A DNA stretch of 64,000 nucleotides from a virus. The position numbers were made by a program, and so were the translations under genes. The stretch lies in the IMG/VR virus record IMGVR_UViG_3300022602_002721, positions 7,688 through 71,687 of that record; one strand, 5' to 3'. Shown here in pieces: positions 28,427 through 35,950 of this stretch. The notes below the pieces were generated by a model. The model made no database searches. It saw nothing but the letters and a program-made list of their open reading frames with translations, and was not told the DNA's origin. Every line of letters starts with the position of its first letter. The first letter of the stretch is position 1.

Positions 28427-28733
28427 AAGCCATTCCTCTTTGTTGTACAGGTAAGTTGTTTAGGGTTACCCAATAAGTATACTCTTTACAGTTACTAGCA
28501 ATACCAGCCTGCTTGATTACAACACGTTCAACTGGATCATCGTTACACTTAACTAGTGTTTCGCTTGATACTCGACTTCCATCCTTAGAACGTATTTCTT
28601 GGCTAGTATGACAGTACTGACGAGCCGTCATTTGTGTTGGAGCAGAACTACAACCTGTTAGTGCCGCGATCATAATGAATAACAAAATGATCACAGCCCA
28701 CATTAGTTCTTTCACTCTATAGGGATGCATCAT
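28374..28733 (-). CDS. lipoprotein
   Basis: Lipobox LTGC; four further Cys. Confidence 0.7.
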   Translation of the reverse strand: MMHPYRVKELMWAVIILLFIMIAALTGCSSAPTQMTARQYCHTSQEIRSKDGSRVSSETLVKCNDDPVERVVIKQAGIASNCKEYTYWVTLNNLPVQQRGMACEKFNGAWEILPNYTYN

Positions 28734-29206
28734 TGCACCTTTGACTTTGCTTCAGCAATCAGCTGGTCGAAAGTAGCCTTAGGCATCTTTAGACGAACAA
28801 AGGTATAGTGATGACCATCCATTGTAAAGTGTCCAACATCACGTTGTACATGTTCACGGATAGCTGTGTCAGTTACAGAATACTTAATTACAGTATGTGT
28901 AGACTTTTTGTCATCAACAAACTTAATTTCAGTTTCTGAGTTTACTTTACCATTAATACGTTTGGCAAAGTTGTTCATAGCGATAGCATACATCTGCTCT
29001 TCTGCGGCTTGAGCGTAAACGCTTTCACCTGCACCACAAGCATACGCATACTCTTTTTCCCACCAGAACCAACCTTCAGTACCTGATTGGGCGCAATCTT
29101 TATACCAGCTAGGTTCTGCATAAGTCTTGCGGTCTTCAACTTCTTTCATGCCAGCACAAGCGGTAAGCAGAGCAATGATAGGAATAAGCAATAGTGCCTT
29201 TTTCAT
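28730..29206 (-). CDS. lipoprotein (LPP20-like)
   Basis: Lipobox LTAC; P.W...G.G.S....A...A...A. Confidence 0.7.
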   Translation of the reverse strand: MKKALLLIPIIALLTACAGMKEVEDRKTYAEPSWYKDCAQSGTEGWFWWEKEYAYACGAGESVYAQAAEEQMYAIAMNNFAKRINGKVNSETEIKFVDDKKSTHTVIKYSVTDTAIREHVQRDVGHFTMDGHHYTFVRLKMPKATFDQLIAEAKSKVQ

Positions 29207-29328
29207 TTTGCGGCCTCCTTACTAAGTTCTTGTACCTTAGAAACACCGTTATCAAAAATTTTGGCGATACCTTGAAACCCTACGGTAACAATTAGAATAC
29301 CAAAAATAACTCCTACAATAAATTTCAT
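29203..29328 (-). CDS. 41-aa membrane peptide (not in ORF track)
   Basis: AGGAGG RBS; MKFIVGVIFGILIVTVGFQGIAK...; promoter TTGACA-17bp-TATAAT at 29357-29385. Confidence 0.7.
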   Translation of the reverse strand: MKFIVGVIFGILIVTVGFQGIAKIFDNGVSKVQELSKEAAK

Positions 29329-29402
29329 ACTACCTCCTGTGTGTGACTGTGTTAATATTATAACTTGATTTTACCATGATGTCAATCATTGATATTACCA
29401 AA

Positions 29403-29795
29403 TTATCTCCGCATCTTAGAAATATCAACTGCTTCTTGATCGGAAAAAATTGGAACAGCATTAGACTTGTGCATAGTACCAATACCTTTGATTTTATCTC
29501 CAGTATATACCTTGTCTGGTGCTTTAAGGCACGGACCAGCGGTAAACGGTAAACTAGCATGATGCTCAGTCTGTCTGCGATATGGTTCGCTTTTTGGATC
29601 TGGCTTCCATACCTCAGAACTCAAAGCACGTTTGCGTTTACGTTCTTCCTGTTCAATGCCGTGTCGTTTGAGCATTTCTTTCCACGAACGTTCTGCTTCT
29701 TCAGCTTTGCGTTTGTGTTCAGCACTTGCCCATTTCTTTGGACCTTTTTTCTTGCCCGTAGTGCTGAGCCACGGACCTTCAAGATGCATAGTCAT
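29403..29795 (-). CDS. conserved T4-like-phage hypothetical basic protein
   Basis: C-terminal YTG..IKGIGTMHKSNAVPIF....A.DISKMRR. Confidence 0.75.
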   Translation of the reverse strand: MTMHLEGPWLSTTGKKKGPKKWASAEHKRKAEEAERSWKEMLKRHGIEQEERKRKRALSSEVWKPDPKSEPYRRQTEHHASLPFTAGPCLKAPDKVYTGDKIKGIGTMHKSNAVPIFSDQEAVDISKMRR

Positions 29796-29799
29796 AAGA

Positions 29800-30129
29800 T
29801 TACGCTGTTACAGTAACATCACTTGTAGAAGGAACTGTTACAGTCTCTGTAGCCAAATCTAGACCAGTTTGGAATTTCTTTGGAAGACCTGTAAAGCGAG
29901 CGATAGTGCCATCTGGCATGATCTTAAATGAACCAGCTACTACCCAAATCTGTTCACCTGTGGCTGTAATACCTGCCAATTTACGTACAACACCGTTCAT
30001 AATACCTTGGCTAGTAATCTTGCCAATGTTCCAGTGATACGTGCTTTTATTACCGGACCAAATTTGCTCATCGCCACTATTGGCCTTGCAAAACTTCTTA
30101 ACTGCTAAAATTGTTGAATCTACATTCAT
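29800..30129 (-). CDS. hypothetical protein
   Basis: AGGAG RBS; promoter TTGCGT-17bp-TATAAT upstream. Confidence 0.75.
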   Translation of the reverse strand: MNVDSTILAVKKFCKANSGDEQIWSGNKSTYHWNIGKITSQGIMNGVVRKLAGITATGEQIWVVAGSFKIMPDGTIARFTGLPKKFQTGLDLATETVTVPSTSDVTVTA

Positions 30130-30264
30130 GGTACTTCTCCTGTGTGTTTAGGTTGTTGCTACAACTACAGTTACTATTATACGGCAAAACCTATTCAAAC
30201 GCAAGAATTTTTTTTACCAAAACAGATCTGGGTAAATAAGTGAACTGATCCAATAGGAGATTAT

Positions 30265-30540
30265 ATGGCAGATATCGATCCAAATGTTACAGCGGCATTA
30301 GCCACTATGACTACCCTAACAACTAGTACTGATGCTACAGTAGCCAGCATCGCTACACAGGCTTTGGCCATTGCCCAAGAAAGACAAAATGGCACAATTA
30401 CAGCTGAAGAGGGTGCGGCCCAAATGGTTGCACTACGCCAAGAAAACGAAGCAGATATGGCTGTGGTTGCTGATGAAGACCAAATTACTTTGGAACAAGC
30501 ATTGGCATTCCTGTGCGGTGTATTTCCAATGATGCAATAA
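30265..30540 (+). CDS. acidic Ala/Thr-rich hypothetical protein (late)
   Basis: TAAATA motif, AGGAG RBS, terminator downstream. Confidence 0.75.
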   Translation: MADIDPNVTAALATMTTLTTSTDATVASIATQALAIAQERQNGTITAEEGAAQMVALRQENEADMAVVADEDQITLEQALAFLCGVFPMMQ

Positions 30541-30561
30541 TTGGTAAAACTTTAGCCAAAG

Positions 30562-30588
30562 AAAAAGCCCTAATTGCTAGGGCTTTTT
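30562..30588. terminator. bidirectional intrinsic terminator
   Basis: AAAAAGCCCTA-ATTGC-TAGGGCTTTTT between convergent genes. Confidence 0.85.
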
Positions 30589-30598
30589 TGTTTTTGAA

Positions 30599-30670
30599 TT
30601 AACGATTCATTACATACATTGTAACTTCAAAACCGTAACGCATTTCTGTTGCTTCTGGTTTGGTCCACAT
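30599..30670 (-). CDS. pqqA: pyrroloquinoline quinone precursor peptide PqqA (not in ORF track)
   Basis: MWTKPEATEMRYGFEVTMYVMNR; W..P and E-x3-Y core; AAGGAG RBS, extended -10 TGTG-TATAAT, own terminator. Confidence 0.92.
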   Translation of the reverse strand: MWTKPEATEMRYGFEVTMYVMNR

Positions 30671-30778
30671 AGTAATTCTCCTTTGTTAACAAAATTAAGT
30701 ACTCTATTGCTTTAGTACTTATATCTATTATACACAGGAAACCCCACGTTTTACATAGTGAAAATCATTAAATGACTA

Positions 30779-31285
30779 TCAGCTATTCAACACCTTGGCA
30801 ACACTATTCATTACAGCGGCAATACGTCCAATGTCACGAAGTTGTTCTACTGTGTATCCTTCCTTCTTCAATGTTTCGTAGTGCGCCTTGACGCAGAAAT
30901 GACACTTGCCAACAATACTTGCGGCAAGACTGAACGCTTCAAAGTTGCTCTTTGTAGTTCCGCCATGACTTGCGATTGCGTTCATGCGTAACTGTGCTGG
31001 CAAACCTTTTAGCTGTTCATCATCAGCCATTTCAACGTAAGGATACCAAATGTTGTTTTGGGCCATGAGGCTTGCGGCAGTCATCGCTGACTCTGCGTGT
31101 ACTGGCGCATCTGCTAATAGGATACTTAATACCTTACCGTTACCAGTTGCGGCCAATGCGGCTACAGCACAACCCCTGGCCACATCTGTATCTAAGGTAC
31201 TACGCAAAAGGACAGCGTCAAGATTTAACTTGGTGTCCTTTGCGTAGCCTGGCAACGCTTCTTTGATAGTGTCGTTGAATGCCAT
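30779..31285 (-). CDS. ahpD: alkyl hydroperoxide reductase AhpD
   Basis: LP.YAKD.KLNL, MAQNN..Y, LRMN, E...LAAS...KCHFCVKAH. Confidence 0.93.
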   Translation of the reverse strand: MAFNDTIKEALPGYAKDTKLNLDAVLLRSTLDTDVARGCAVAALAATGNGKVLSILLADAPVHAESAMTAASLMAQNNIWYPYVEMADDEQLKGLPAQLRMNAIASHGGTTKSNFEAFSLAASIVGKCHFCVKAHYETLKKEGYTVEQLRDIGRIAAVMNSVAKVLNS

Positions 31286-31824
31286 TATAGTGTCTCTCCG
31301 CCTACTGTACGGTTACATGCACATAGCTCGCCTGTTTGAAGAGCATCAAGGATACGCAAAGTTTCTTCTGGGCTACGGCCAACATTCAAATTGTTTACTG
31401 TAACATGTTGGATAACATTGTCTGGATCAACGATGAATGTAGCACGAAGTGCCGCACCTGCTGGAGCATAGAATACTCCCAACTGCTCGATCAATGATAA
31501 CTCACCACGCTGTGTGTCTGCAAATTGATTGTGACGAATGTTCTTTAAATCTGGATGTGCATTTTGCCATGCTAGTTTACAAAACTCGTTATCTGTGCTA
31601 CCTGTTAGTAGAACAGCATCACGATCGTCAAAGTCTGCGGCCAATTTATCATAAGCAACAATTTCTGTAGGGCAAACAAATGTAAAGTCCTTTGGGTAGT
31701 AAACGATTACTTTCCACTTGCCAGCAAAGCTCTCATCTGTAATGTCAAAGAACGCATCTTCTGGCTGACCAAACTTAACGCCTGTTACAGCAAATTTTTC
31801 TAATTTATGTCCAACTGTTTTCAT
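31285..31824 (-). CDS. ahpC: 2-Cys peroxiredoxin AhpC
   Basis: YPKDFTFVCPTE, RATFIVDP, VGR...E.LR.LDALQ..ELC. Confidence 0.96.
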   Translation of the reverse strand: MKTVGHKLEKFAVTGVKFGQPEDAFFDITDESFAGKWKVIVYYPKDFTFVCPTEIVAYDKLAADFDDRDAVLLTGSTDNEFCKLAWQNAHPDLKNIRHNQFADTQRGELSLIEQLGVFYAPAGAALRATFIVDPDNVIQHVTVNNLNVGRSPEETLRILDALQTGELCACNRTVGGETL

Positions 31825-31879
31825 AATATCTCCTTGTGTGTGTTCGAAAACTAAAACTCAGTATTTCTACTAATGTTTT

Positions 31880-31965
31880 ATTGTAATAGTATTTAATAAT
31901 AAGATCAACCGTTTTAATTGATTTTTTCAATAATTATTTTAATAACGCTTATTAGAAAAATCAAT
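31880..31965 (-). promoter_or_regulatory. ahpCD promoter with LysR/OxyR-like boxes
   Basis: TTGATC-17bp-TACAAT (31880-31908); ATTG-N7-CAAT (31917-31931) and ATTA-N7-CAAT (31951-31965) upstream of the -35. Confidence 0.55.
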
Positions 31966-31970
31966 AACGA

Positions 31971-32546
31971 TCAGCTGTATTCATATGGTGTGCTAGGGTG
32001 CCCATAATCCACAGGAATGTTATCACTCTTAACATTGTCGTAATTTTGGTAGTAGCTTTCATTTGGTTTAAGTATCCTAAAGTCTTTAGTATATTTCAAA
32101 CTAGCCAAAGTTACTTCGGACTTGTTTAACAAATCACATACCACGTACGAAGTGCTACATGCCGCACTGATATACTTAAATGGGCTATGCTTGTATTCAT
32201 TTTGAATTAGTCCTTTATGTATAGGTGAGTGAGGCAAGAACATGATACGAGTAATACCTAACTTTTGGTTACGTAATCGTAATTTGTCTAAAAATGTTAA
32301 TTCGGTGAGTGTAGCTTCGTTGTCGTCACTAACTCTTAATAAAGCGTTCTTGACTTTGATGCTACCTTTTGTGTGATTGTTATCAGGCGTTTCCTTAGTA
32401 CTCCAAGGTAGCTGACAATCCACATGATTTACATACAATGTTTCCCCATGAAATTTTAAGACCCACATAGGAATGGTCTGATCTTCTAAGTGTTTTTTAT
32501 TAAAATGGAAGACGATATCGCGGCATGCGTACTCTATCTATTTCAT
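31971..32546 (-). CDS. hypothetical protein with an in-frame amber (TAG) at codon 3
   Basis: AAGGA-N7-ATG AAA TAG ATA GAG TAC...; 23 further open codons lead in frame into the 165-aa ORF at 32468. Confidence 0.7.
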
Positions 32547-32562
32547 TTTGTTTTCCTTTAGT

Positions 32563-32630
32563 TAAGTGCAGGGCTTCCACCTACTTCCACCTCGTTTTAA
32601 AGTCCGCGTGTCCAGGACTTTTTATTTATA
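32563..32630 (-). promoter_or_regulatory. late promoter TATAAATA and structured leader
   Basis: TATAAATA at 32623-32630; AAAGTCC/GGACTTT hairpin; AGGTGGAAG twice. Confidence 0.55.
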
Positions 32631-32847
32631 CTGGTACTTCGATCAGTTGAAAAATTCGCCAATCTCTACGATCGGCTCGCTTTTCTTTCTTATCCTGCTC
32701 TTGTACATACTTCAAGAAGTTTTGAGCTTGCTCCATAGTACCATAGAAGTGTTCATTGCCATAAGCATAGCAACCTACTGAGCCGCTTTCGCCTTCCCAG
32801 TAGTGTCCTACAGCATAGTTGAATTGTTTAGATTGTTTCTTTGGCAT
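32626..32847 (-). CDS. hypothetical protein
   Basis: Start MPKKQSKQ just downstream of the tRNA CCA; the longer ORF-track start runs through the tRNA. Confidence 0.6.
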   Translation of the reverse strand: MPKKQSKQFNYAVGHYWEGESGSVGCYAYGNEHFYGTMEQAQNFLKYVQEQDKKEKRADRRDWRIFQLIEVPV

Positions 32848-32860
32848 GTGATACTTCAAT

Positions 32861-32937
32861 TGGTGCGTTGGATGGGAATCGAACCCACTACATGATGATT
32901 TAGAGTCACCTGCCCTTACCTTACGGGCTACCAACGC
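32861..32937 (-). tRNA. amber suppressor tRNA, anticodon CUA
   Basis: GCGTTGG-TA-GCCC-GTAAGGTAA-GGGC-A-GGTGA-CTCTAAA-TCATC-ATGTA-GTGGG-TTCGATT-CCCAT-CCAACGC-A-CCA: complete cloverleaf with encoded CCA. Confidence 0.93.
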
Positions 32938-32944
32938 AGTTTAA

Positions 32945-33328
32945 TTAAATTGACTTGTACAATGCTGTACTTGCTGTAAAGGCATGTTTCCATTGCCATT
33001 CGTCAAGTACCAATTGATTGAAGATTTGTTCTTCCAACTCAATTACATCATCGATGCTAAGTTCCAACATGCGGATAGCACGAGTGTAACTATCCTCATA
33101 GCTTACTGGGCGACTAGGCATAGCACGAATTTTAGCAATTTGTTCAAGGTCGCCTGTCTTAGCAAGTTCAACATGCTCTTTGGCTACTTTGATTGCGGCC
33201 TTTTTATAGTCCTTAACTGATTCGTCAAATTCTTTAACGTGCTTGATTTTGTTCTTGTTTACAATCTCTAGCAATTCTGCTTTGTTTACTTTTACTGATC
33301 TCATAACATTCCTTGTTTCGTCTCTCAT
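32945..33328 (-). CDS. hypothetical protein
   Basis: GAGG RBS; P.SY...Y.RAI.MLE....IEL....F..LVLDEW.W. Confidence 0.75.
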   Translation of the reverse strand: MRDETRNVMRSVKVNKAELLEIVNKNKIKHVKEFDESVKDYKKAAIKVAKEHVELAKTGDLEQIAKIRAMPSRPVSYEDSYTRAIRMLELSIDDVIELEEQIFNQLVLDEWQWKHAFTASTALYKSI

Positions 33329-33337
33329 AGATCCCTC

Positions 33338-34429
33338 TTAAAACGCATCGTAGTAAGAGTAAGACCGCTCTTGTACCTTGCTCAACACAAGTTGAACACC
33401 ATCTGGGTTAGCGAACACAAACTTACCTGCCTGGCTATCAATTTTCTTGATGTCGGCAGGATTAAACTTAATAGTGCTCCAATCCCAATCAAAGTCGCCG
33501 TCCTCATCCTTTGTATCATCGTATTCCTTGATGTGGACTTGTACTTGTCCTTGAAGCGGGTTACCGCTCCATTCACTACGTTCCAGATCATCTGCCTTAA
33601 CTTCTTCACCGTCTTTGATAACCTTCATAGTGAACTTGTTACCAGAATCAAATTCTGGCTTAACGTTCAACATACGCAGAGCATCTTGAGGTTCTTCATC
33701 GTAGCGATTCATTTCTTCAACAGTTGCTTTCAACATGTCGAAGTTAAATTGATTGAACAAGCTAGCAATTTGGCACAACTTTTCAGCATGATGCAAAAGT
33801 GTTGATTTCAAATTGTCGTTACAGTATTCCATGATAAAGTTAGTATCAAGGCCCTTGTAATCAATCATATAGAACAAGCGACCAGGACGGTTACGCATGT
33901 GTTGGTCGATGCGCCACTTGTCATTACAAGTCAATACAAACAGCTTCTTGCTAGGGAATACACCGTCCAACAGAGTAAGAGCTTGTTCTTGACTATCGCT
34001 ATCGTAGACCTTTTCAAACTCGTCAAACAGAACCATGCAAGGTTGTTCGATCATTTGCATAAAGGCATTGAACTTGTCGCCAACCCAAGGAGCATTGATA
34101 ACAATGCAAGGAATACCCAAACGCTTTGCGCCTTCGATGGCCAAATTCTTAGCAAGCAGACTCTTACCAGAACCTTTTTCTCCTGCCAACATAACACCGG
34201 TAGACGCTGTACGATCCATGAAGGTATTCAAGATACGATCAGTGTTCTTGTCCAAGTCGCCGTAACGCTTGCCTTTAATTTCAAATGACTCAATGTGTTC
34301 AAGGTAAAGAGGACCATCCATTGGCATCTCTTTAACCACGTAATTACCCGCAGGCAACTTTTCGTGGAGATCCATCGCTTCTTTAGTAGAAACTCGGAAA
34401 GTGTTACCTGACTTCAAAAAGTATGACAT
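33338..34429 (-). CDS. AAA+ ATPase
   Basis: GEKGSGKS Walker A, VLFDEFEK Walker B, NRPGR; promoter TAGACA-17bp-TATAAT upstream. Confidence 0.9.
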   Translation of the reverse strand: MSYFLKSGNTFRVSTKEAMDLHEKLPAGNYVVKEMPMDGPLYLEHIESFEIKGKRYGDLDKNTDRILNTFMDRTASTGVMLAGEKGSGKSLLAKNLAIEGAKRLGIPCIVINAPWVGDKFNAFMQMIEQPCMVLFDEFEKVYDSDSQEQALTLLDGVFPSKKLFVLTCNDKWRIDQHMRNRPGRLFYMIDYKGLDTNFIMEYCNDNLKSTLLHHAEKLCQIASLFNQFNFDMLKATVEEMNRYDEEPQDALRMLNVKPEFDSGNKFTMKVIKDGEEVKADDLERSEWSGNPLQGQVQVHIKEYDDTKDEDGDFDWDWSTIKFNPADIKKIDSQAGKFVFANPDGVQLVLSKVQERSYSYYDAF

Positions 34430-34506
34430 TGTTTAAATCTTTCAGTGTAGTGTGTTAATGTGTTTATTATACAGTGGTAGACAGTTTGTGTCTACCACTA
34501 TATGGG

Positions 34507-35904
34507 TCAGCTGTTACTATTTTGGCGAACTTCGTCAAAAGTAATTTCTTTAACAAGTTTACCATCACGGTATACTTCTTCAAGCATTTCAGTAAATGGA
34601 CCAAAGCCCTTGTCAAACCAACCCTTTGGCTGATCAACTGCGCTTACCCATTCGTTGCCGCCCTTCCAAAGTGATACACGACCTGCTTTAGATTTCTTAC
34701 CACTATCAGTAATTGGATCTTTTTGTACATCAATCCATTCACCATTAATGCAAGCACTGGAGCATTTCATCGCAAACTTTTGAGTATCGCGATCTAGTTG
34801 TTGCAACAATGCACCACCCATACCAAATGCGATGTTATCTGCACTCCAACCATATGCTTGGAAGCTACCAAGTATATTACGGATAGTACGTTCGTTTACA
34901 CCGTCACCTTGGATAAGGCGAACGTTGTTAAGGACTTTATAGCCTTTGTCGTTAGTAGTATATCCAAACTTGTCGCCAAGTATCTGGACTAGTTTACGAC
35001 ACACGACATCGGGATCACCGCTGTCAGGACGTATAACAATAGTAGCGCCACTAGCAACCACTTGCTCTTTGAGTTCTTCTCCCCAAAGACGACTAGCGGC
35101 ATTATAAACATCATAGCTATCAGATACAACAGCAACGATACTGCCAGGTTTGGCGAATTGAGTGAGCATATTTCTGTAAGCATCTACTTCACCGTCACGG
35201 CCCCAGCTAGTAATTGTGCTATGCTCTGCGGCAGGGATTGAGAAGCCAGCAATCCCAGCGTTATAGTACTCACGAGCAAACAACAGACCGGTAACAGTAT
35301 CGGTGCCCATGAAATTAACGAGGTGTGCCGCCCCTCCAATTCCAGCACTTTCCATGCTAGAGACACCACGAGCACCAAAATCGTGCAACTTAAAATCAAT
35401 AGTAGTAGGATCACCTGTTTTCTCCAAATAGTCTAAGATAATTTTCTTAATTGTTTTGCTTTGAGTAGCAACTGTAGTAGGATACCAAATTGCACGAAGC
35501 AAGGCTGTTTCCAACCATGTAGTTAACCAGAAACATTCTGGATCTGTGTTTTCAATTGTTGCCAAAACGTTCTTAACAGGAACTACTGTACCTTCAGGTA
35601 CTGCCCTGATAACCACAGGCAAGTAACCGCCGTGTGTATCAAGAATGTACTGCCAACCTTCTTTGTTAAAAGGTTCACCGTGCGCTGTCCAAATTTCATT
35701 TGCGATATCGATATCAGCTTGTGTAATTGGATCGAGCAAGTACTCTTTGATAAAAGCCTGTAGTCCGAAGAATACAGTTTCGTCATAGCGTCCGCCACGT
35801 GATTCAATGTAACTATAAACACCTGTGGTGCCCATAGGATATTGTTTGAACATACTAGCTTTGTAGCTGTCTGTGTTGAGAATGATGTTTTTTGCGAGTT
35901 TCAT
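34507..35904 (-). CDS. nadV: nicotinamide phosphoribosyltransferase
   Basis: TDSYK.S...QYP, LHDFGARG, PAAEHS, VSDSYD, IRPDSGDP, QGDG, FGMGG. Confidence 0.95.
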   Translation of the reverse strand: MKLAKNIILNTDSYKASMFKQYPMGTTGVYSYIESRGGRYDETVFFGLQAFIKEYLLDPITQADIDIANEIWTAHGEPFNKEGWQYILDTHGGYLPVVIRAVPEGTVVPVKNVLATIENTDPECFWLTTWLETALLRAIWYPTTVATQSKTIKKIILDYLEKTGDPTTIDFKLHDFGARGVSSMESAGIGGAAHLVNFMGTDTVTGLLFAREYYNAGIAGFSIPAAEHSTITSWGRDGEVDAYRNMLTQFAKPGSIVAVVSDSYDVYNAASRLWGEELKEQVVASGATIVIRPDSGDPDVVCRKLVQILGDKFGYTTNDKGYKVLNNVRLIQGDGVNERTIRNILGSFQAYGWSADNIAFGMGGALLQQLDRDTQKFAMKCSSACINGEWIDVQKDPITDSGKKSKAGRVSLWKGGNEWVSAVDQPKGWFDKGFGPFTEMLEEVYRDGKLVKEITFDEVRQNSNS

Positions 35905-35927
35905 TTTAAGTTCCTTAAAAGTTAAAA

Positions 35928-35950
35928 GCCTTTGCGTCTATCGCTTAGGC
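35928..35950 (-). promoter_or_regulatory. GAUAGAC hairpin, copy before nadV
   Basis: GCCT-AA-GCG-ATAGA-CGC-AA-AGGC ending 23 nt before the ATG. Confidence 0.6.

Noticed and set aside
32848-32934. N-terminal extension of ORF 32626-32934
   Set aside because: It runs through the tRNA gene; the ATG at 32847 is more plausible.
32861-32937. tRNA-Arg(UCU) or tRNA-Pyl reading of the tRNA
   Set aside because: The anticodon stem pairs only as GGTGA/TCATC, centring CTA. The body is canonical (TTCG T-loop, GG D-loop, 5-bp anticodon stem), unlike tRNA-Pyl, and no pyl genes are visible.
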